A stretch of 19,572 nt of DNA from Candidatus Scalinduaceae bacterium (GTDB taxonomy: Bacteria > Planctomycetota > Brocadiia > Brocadiales > Scalinduaceae): positions 1-19,572 of the forward strand of contig JBHICG010000065.1 of assembly GCA_046759445.1 (NCBI GenBank), given 5' to 3'. Below the pieces are notes generated by a model. That model saw nothing but the letters and a program-made list of their open reading frames with translations, searched no databases and was not told the origin of the DNA. A program made the position numbers and the translations under genes. Positions 17,170 through 19,572 of the stretch are shown here, piece after piece; position 1 is the first letter of the stretch, and each line of letters begins with the position of its first letter.

Positions 17170-17404
17170 AAATAGGGTCAGCGACTATTTAACCTGAACC
17201 TATTAACTCCCACTGCTTTCTTGCTTCATCCCTGTTCTTGCTTTCTCCCCTTTCGGGGACTTAACGGCAAGAAAGCACAGGGAGAACAGCAAGAAGTGAG
17301 GGATGTTTTTCAATTGTTATCCTAGGATATTTTTATTATTTTGAGCTAAATACGCAGCATATTCACTCCGAGCAGAACCATTTACGGGTCTACCAGATTC
17401 TTTA
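17170..17404. repeat. Dispersed repeat copy 1 (hairpin + CTATTTAA-N6-CCTATTAAC + nested palindrome + 101-bp block)
   Basis: 17304-17404 matches 18763-18863 at 90/101 ungapped (manual count); 17212-17253 is identical to 19518-19559 (42 bp). Confidence 0.9.
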
Positions 17405-17412
17405 AAGGCAGG

Positions 17413-17610
17413 TAGGGTCACACCTTGATTTGTGATTTACTTTCATTCAAATTGCGGCAGACACTATAGTACCTAACCCCATCTGATACCTGCATACATA
17501 CGTCTAGCTTAGGAGACTTCGTCGAAGGATGGGAATATACTTTTTTCATTAGGTTAGGTGTAAACATGGCTCTTCTTCTGTTTATAATCACTGATCAAGG
17601 TGTGACCCTA
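17413..17610. mobile_element. 198-bp non-autonomous element with 25-bp inverted ends
   Basis: TAGGGTCACACCTTGATTTGTGATT (17413-17437) vs the reverse complement of 17586-17610, TAGGGTCACACCTTGATCAGTGATT: 23/25, first 17 perfect. Confidence 0.75.
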
Positions 17611-17779
17611 TTCTTCTTTTATCACGTCTCCTTTTTAAAATATTCTTCTTTAGCCATTCTACAAATTCTTCACTACCCAATATATACTGTTCCAATAATT
17701 TATCCTTAGGGGGTCTTGACATAATATGTGAATTTTACTTGTTCTCTAATTATATATCAATGATAAAGAATTGACCCTA
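17588..17779 (-). pseudogene. Internally deleted Y1 (HUH, RAYT/IS200-like) transposase remnant with its upstream end
   Basis: ATG at 17722: ATGTCAAGACCCCCTAAGGATA reads MSRPLRI if one C is removed, joined directly to QYILGSEEFVEWLK. Preceded by TAGGGTCAATTCTT (from 17779) and TTGATA-N17-TAAAAT. Confidence 0.7.
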
Positions 17780-17851
17780 ATATCAGCTAATATCGGACCT
17801 AGTAAAAAAGAGTTACCTAATTACTGAGCATATACAGCTGTCCCTAATATG

Positions 17852-18463
17852 TCATAGCCTTTTACTTTTATAGTAGGCAACAGCAAACTTTTCCACTATA
17901 GAGGTTATTCTATGCTTGCTCACGCCAAGCATTTTGTCGTCTGAGCCATAGCCGAGGAACTCTGTTTGCCAAATATCCTCTTTACCATTCCTGACGATAC
18001 ATTTAATGTGACATGCGATGGGATAATCATTGCCCACTAGCCAAATCTTAATCATAAAATGAGCACTTTCGAGTTTTTCTTGTTCCGAACGGTCAGACCG
18101 GCGAGAGTCGTACTCTTTTTTCTCGGATTCTGTCATTATTCTCAAGTCCGGCAGGTTTGTTCCTAATCGTAGCTTCGCAAAACTGGTGAGATTCTGACTT
18201 AGTATGTATTCGTTACTAGCAAATAACTGTTTTTCTGTGCCCTCAATAAGTCCCATCTTTTTTGCGTTTTGGCTAGCATTCTCAGTCTGAATCGTCACCG
18301 TAACTCTGTTAAAGTTTTTTAGATGGGCAAGGTCGCCATAAAGGAGTTTGTAGAGAGAGTCGTCCGATTCCTCAGCCGAAACCGATTGCGACAAAGCGGT
18401 CAGAATAATTAAGAATATAAGAAACGATGCCAGACTGAATAACTGTTTAAGCGGATTATACAT
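17852..18463 (-). CDS. Hypothetical exported protein (203 aa)
   Basis: GGAGGTGG before the ATG at 18463 and a signal-like MYNPLKQLFSLASFLIFLIILTALSQSVSA-EE favour this start over 18550. Confidence 0.7.
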   Translation of the reverse strand: MYNPLKQLFSLASFLIFLIILTALSQSVSAEESDDSLYKLLYGDLAHLKNFNRVTVTIQTENASQNAKKMGLIEGTEKQLFASNEYILSQNLTSFAKLRLGTNLPDLRIMTESEKKEYDSRRSDRSEQEKLESAHFMIKIWLVGNDYPIACHIKCIVRNGKEDIWQTEFLGYGSDDKMLGVSKHRITSIVEKFAVAYYKSKRL

Positions 18464-18595
18464 TTCGAGCCACCTCCACTTGGTTTTGTTCAATATGTAC
18501 GTGAATGTCTTGAGTGGATTTTGTACCATGATTAGGATGTGGGCTACCAATAAGGATTTGCGCTGTCAATGTTGCCATTTTTCTTCCTTTACTTC

Positions 18596-18718
18596 CTAAT
18601 GTTGGGTTGCTACATATACATTGGCTTCAGATATTCCATCTTTTTTTAATATGGGGATCAGCCGCCTCTTGTACGCAGGACCTTCGAATTGGTCGATATC
18701 GCTCCACAGGCTTGAAGA
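18596..18718 (-). pseudogene. C-terminal fragment of a gamma-glutamylcyclotransferase (AIG2-like) gene
   Basis: SSSLWSDIDQFEGPAYKRRLIPILKKDGISEANVYVATQH* matches the LDxFEGxxYxR...AxVYV pattern. No start codon; the frame is cut at the 18720-18738 hairpin. Confidence 0.65.
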
Positions 18719-18719
18719 T

Positions 18720-18863
18720 AATAGGTGCAGCGCCTATTTAACCTAAGCCTATTAACGGTCATTGTTTTTCAATTGTTATCCTAAGATATTTTTGTTATTT
18801 TTAGCTAAATACGCAGCGTATTCACTTGGAGCAGGAACATCTACGGGTCTACCGGAATCTTTA
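18720..18863. repeat. Dispersed repeat copy 2 (lacks the nested palindrome)
   Basis: AATAGGTGC-A-GCGCCTATT hairpin, CTATTTAA-CCTAAG-CCTATTAAC, then only GGTCAT before the 101-bp block shared with copy 1. Confidence 0.9.
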
Positions 18864-18865
18864 CA

Positions 18866-19093
18866 CTACTTTCTTAAAAGTTCAGAAAATTCTACAGTGG
18901 AAATATATGCGTCCCTGATCAAGGCACGAAGAAGCCCTCTGTCAAGCGTTTTGTGCTCGGGTATTGAAAGAGTTGTTTTCATTCGTGATTTTTTCATTAT
19001 TATGTGCCTGCTTTTTGCACGTCGTTCAATAGACCAACCCGCTTTTTCAAAAGCTCTGATTTCCTCTTTCCCTGAAATCACGGGTAATTTCAT
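18866..19093 (-). CDS. hicA: HicA-family toxin (75 aa)
   Basis: MKLPVISGKEEIRAFEKAGW...SRHIIM...IPEHKTLDRGLLRALIRDA; GAGGTG 7 nt before the ATG at 19093 (preferred over the track start at 19108). Confidence 0.88.
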   Translation of the reverse strand: MKLPVISGKEEIRAFEKAGWSIERRAKSRHIIMKKSRMKTTLSIPEHKTLDRGLLRALIRDAYISTVEFSELLRK

Positions 19094-19097
19094 CTGG

Positions 19098-19304
19098 TTA
19101 CACCTCAACTTCCACAGCGCATAGTTCCTTTTCCGATTTACTCAAATCATTATACAAAGCGGAAAGGCATCCTTTTATAGCATCCTTTATGTTTTCAATT
19201 GCCTCTTCAATAGTATTTCCTTGGGAATGACAACCAGGAATTGCTGGGCAGTGAACCACATAGCCAAAATCTTCACCCTTTTCAACAACGACTCTATAAA
19301 CCAT
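19098..19304 (-). CDS. hicB: HicB-family antitoxin, short form (68 aa)
   Basis: GYVVHCPAIPGCHSQGNTIEEAIENIKDAI signature; GGAGG RBS. Confidence 0.92.
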   Translation of the reverse strand: MVYRVVVEKGEDFGYVVHCPAIPGCHSQGNTIEEAIENIKDAIKGCLSALYNDLSKSEKELCAVEVEV

Positions 19305-19458
19305 AATATAGCCTCCAATAAAATGCCGAGAATGAGCCCTATTTTATACCATTTTCTTGCGATCTATTTTTGCTTTATTCTCTTTACTTACAGTTTTATA
19401 TCACCTGACTTTACCAGTGTCAATTTAAAAGCCATTAGTTAATATTGGACAATGAATG

Positions 19459-19572
19459 GTTAATAAGGACTGGTTAATTGAGACTGGCATCTATTTAATC
19501 AAGACCTATTAACCCCTACTGCTTTCTTGCTTCATCCCTGTTCTTGCTTTCTCCCCTTTAGGCCGAGTAGGC
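19459..19572. repeat. Dispersed repeat copy 3 (truncated by the window end)
   Basis: Imperfect palindrome GTTAATA...TATTAAC (19459-19513) containing CTATTTAA-TCAAGA-CCTATTAAC, followed by the left arm of the same nested palindrome as copy 1. Confidence 0.85.

Noticed and set aside
18776..18868. Stop-codon readthrough extending HicA into the repeat-encoded tail
   Set aside because: In-frame placement has a 1-in-3 chance and HicA is already full length.
18762..19442. Plus-strand ORFs 18762-19124 and 19221-19442
   Set aside because: Antisense to hicA/hicB and the repeat; no independent support.
17170..19572. CRISPR array or integron attC array
   Set aside because: Repeats are 0.7-1.5 kb apart with no cas genes; no clear RYYYAAC...GTTRRRY attC pairs, no integrase, and cargo lies on both strands.

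Overview
An AT-rich bacterial window in three parts. (1) 1-2628: small housekeeping/redox genes on +: the C-terminus of a ferritin/rubrerythrin-like protein, a PNPOx-family protein, a DHH/DHHA1 phosphoesterase, a rubredoxin missed by the ORF track, and a hypothetical. (2) 2848-14025: a lipid-tailoring cluster interleaving hopanoid side-chain genes (hpnJ, an extra radical SAM, hpnK, hpnI) with a 2-aminoethylphosphonate-type head-group pathway (split TPP decarboxylase, PhnW-like aminotransferase, cytidylyltransferase) and two paralogous CDP-alcohol phosphotransferases fused to degenerate NTP-transferase domains. One paralog apparently starts at ATA; the other carries palindromic repeats inside its reading frame. 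pncB follows divergently. (3) about 16300-19572: an accessory patch (exonuclease-like membrane protein, exported protein, hicBA, gene fragments) separated by related AATAGG...CCTATT hairpin repeats, with a collapsed Y1/RAYT-like transposase remnant and a 198-bp element with 25-bp inverted ends. GC-rich nested palindromes fill many intergenic gaps. The content is compatible with an anammox-type planctomycete, but that is unverified inference. All family calls come from motif recognition by eye, not database searches.
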